From NCBI GenBank assembly GCA_050309605.1, contig JBNRMN010000096.1, forward strand, positions 1 through 64,000: a stretch of 64,000 bases of DNA. The letters are read 5' to 3'. Shown here piece after piece: positions 62,902-64,000 of the stretch (position 1 is the first letter of the stretch; each line of letters begins with the position of its first letter). A program made the position numbers and the translations under genes. The notes beneath the pieces are model-generated. The model worked only from the letters and a program-made list of their open reading frames with translations. It searched no databases and was not told where the DNA came from. The stretch comes from Anaerohalosphaeraceae bacterium. Lineage in GTDB: Bacteria > Planctomycetota > Phycisphaerae > Sedimentisphaerales > Anaerohalosphaeraceae.

Positions 62902-64000
62902 ATGAGTCAAACCAAGTCCAACGCCCGTTTATCGCGTCGAAGCGTGCTGAAAACCATCCTTTATACGCCGCCGATCCTGATGTTCGGCCAAGGCGGTCTT
63001 TTTGCCGACCAGGAGGTTCGTCCGCTGTTTGAGCCGCGGCAGATTCCGCGCCATCGCAAGATTCGCACGGCGGTCATCGGGGTGTATAATCGCGGGGCAC
63101 AGGTCATCGGTGAGTTTAATCGTTTTCAGGACCAGATTGAGTTTGTCGCTTTTGCCGATGTGGCTTTTTTGGAGCATGACCCCTCGGTTCGGGGATTTCC
63201 CGGTGTGCCCTGTTTCCAGGATTATCGGGAGATGTTCGAGCAGATGCACGAACAGATTGACGCGGTGATTATTGGGACGCCTGACCATGCGCATTTTCCG
63301 CAGATTGTGCATTCGATGCTGCTGGGCAAGCATGTGTATGTTGAAAAACCGATTGCTCAGAATGTGTATGAATGTCGCTTGCTTGAGAAGATGGCCAAAG
63401 GCTGTCCGGGTGTGATTGTTCAGATGGGCAATCAGGGGCATTCGGGATCAGGGACGCTGCAATTTCGCGAGTGGGTCAAGGCGGGTTTGATTCAGAATGT
63501 CCGCAAAATCGACGCCTGGATGACCAATTCCCGCCGCTGGCATGGCTGGACGGATACGGCGTATCCGGAAGCGATCCCGCCGGTCGGGTTTGAGTGGGAC
63601 ATTTGGCTGATGCGTCGTCCGTTCAGGCCATACAGTGAGAAACTGGTGGACGGCAACTGGCGGTGCTGGTTTGAGTTCGGCTGCGGTGCGATGGGCGACT
63701 GGGGGGCGCATATCCTGGACGCGATTCATCGGTATTATTTGAACTGCGCGATGCCTTATGAGGTTACGACCAAGCTGATTGGCCCGAGCGATTTGATTTA
63801 TCCACAGGGGTCGGTGATAACATTCAAGTTCCGCGGCGAGAACGGACGGCCGCCGGTGGAGCTGAACTGGTATGACGGGCAGGGCAATAACCCGCCGGCG
63901 CCGCCCGGAGCGAACGGCAATTTGGGCAACGTCGGTTCGCTGGTGTATTGTGATGAATTTGTGGTGCGCGGGACCAGTCATGGCGGTCATTATCGTTTGT
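62902..64000 (+). CDS. Tat-exported Gfo/Idh/MocA oxidoreductase (3'-truncated by window edge)
   Basis: Absent from the ORF track because it has no stop in the window. SRRSVLK twin-Arg signal, TAVIGVYNRG, GTPDHAH, KHVYVEKP, QMGNQGHS and MGDWGAHILD. Confidence 0.9.
   Translation, partial: MSQTKSNARLSRRSVLKTILYTPPILMFGQGGLFADQEVRPLFEPRQIPRHRKIRTAVIGVYNRGAQVIGEFNRFQDQIEFVAFADVAFLEHDPSVRGFPGVPCFQDYREMFEQMHEQIDAVIIGTPDHAHFPQIVHSMLLGKHVYVEKPIAQNVYECRLLEKMAKGCPGVIVQMGNQGHSGSGTLQFREWVKAGLIQNVRKIDAWMTNSRRWHGWTDTAYPEAIPPVGFEWDIWLMRRPFRPYSEKLVDGNWRCWFEFGCGAMGDWGAHILDAIHRYYLNCAMPYEVTTKLIGPSDLIYPQGSVITFKFRGENGRPPVELNWYDGQGNNPPAPPGANGNLGNVGSLVYCDEFVVRGTSHGGHYRL

Overview
This is a GC-rich bacterial window. 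Gene style suggests Planctomycetota, class Phycisphaerae (inference from the ECF-sigma/FecR pair, dockerin-like C-termini, a PEP-CTERM motif and HTH_17 fusions). Left to right: (1) the 3' end of recJ; (2) a pectin (RG-I) degradation locus with an ECF sigma/anti-sigma pair, PL11 lyase, non-catalytic LamG protein and GH2, ending in an orphan PEP-CTERM mini-ORF; (3) a housekeeping block (atypical response regulator, tRNA-Gly, proA/proB, B12 radical SAM, tRNA-Leu); (4) an hsp20 pair with a sigma54 promoter, bracketed by mirror-image REP-like hairpin arrays; (5) GH16, frameshifted prfB, pepA, an HTH-PTS-IIA/antiporter/ClC block and folE with a tandem PTPS; (6) a ~26 kb Wzx/Wzy polysaccharide locus with an unusual acyl-tailoring set, a HEPN-MNT module and a heptad-repeat-flanked four-helix-bundle insertion; (7) a uxuB-larA-like-gnd-uxaC operon with a divergent ROK regulator; (8) a partial Tat-exported Gfo/Idh/MocA oxidoreductase. 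The best leads are a putative epimerase-based hexuronate-to-pentose-phosphate shunt, heptad inverted-repeat elements seen in filled and empty states, on-site acyl-donor synthesis for polysaccharide decoration, and the REP-bracketed hsp20 cassette. All calls come from reading motifs by eye; no searches were run.
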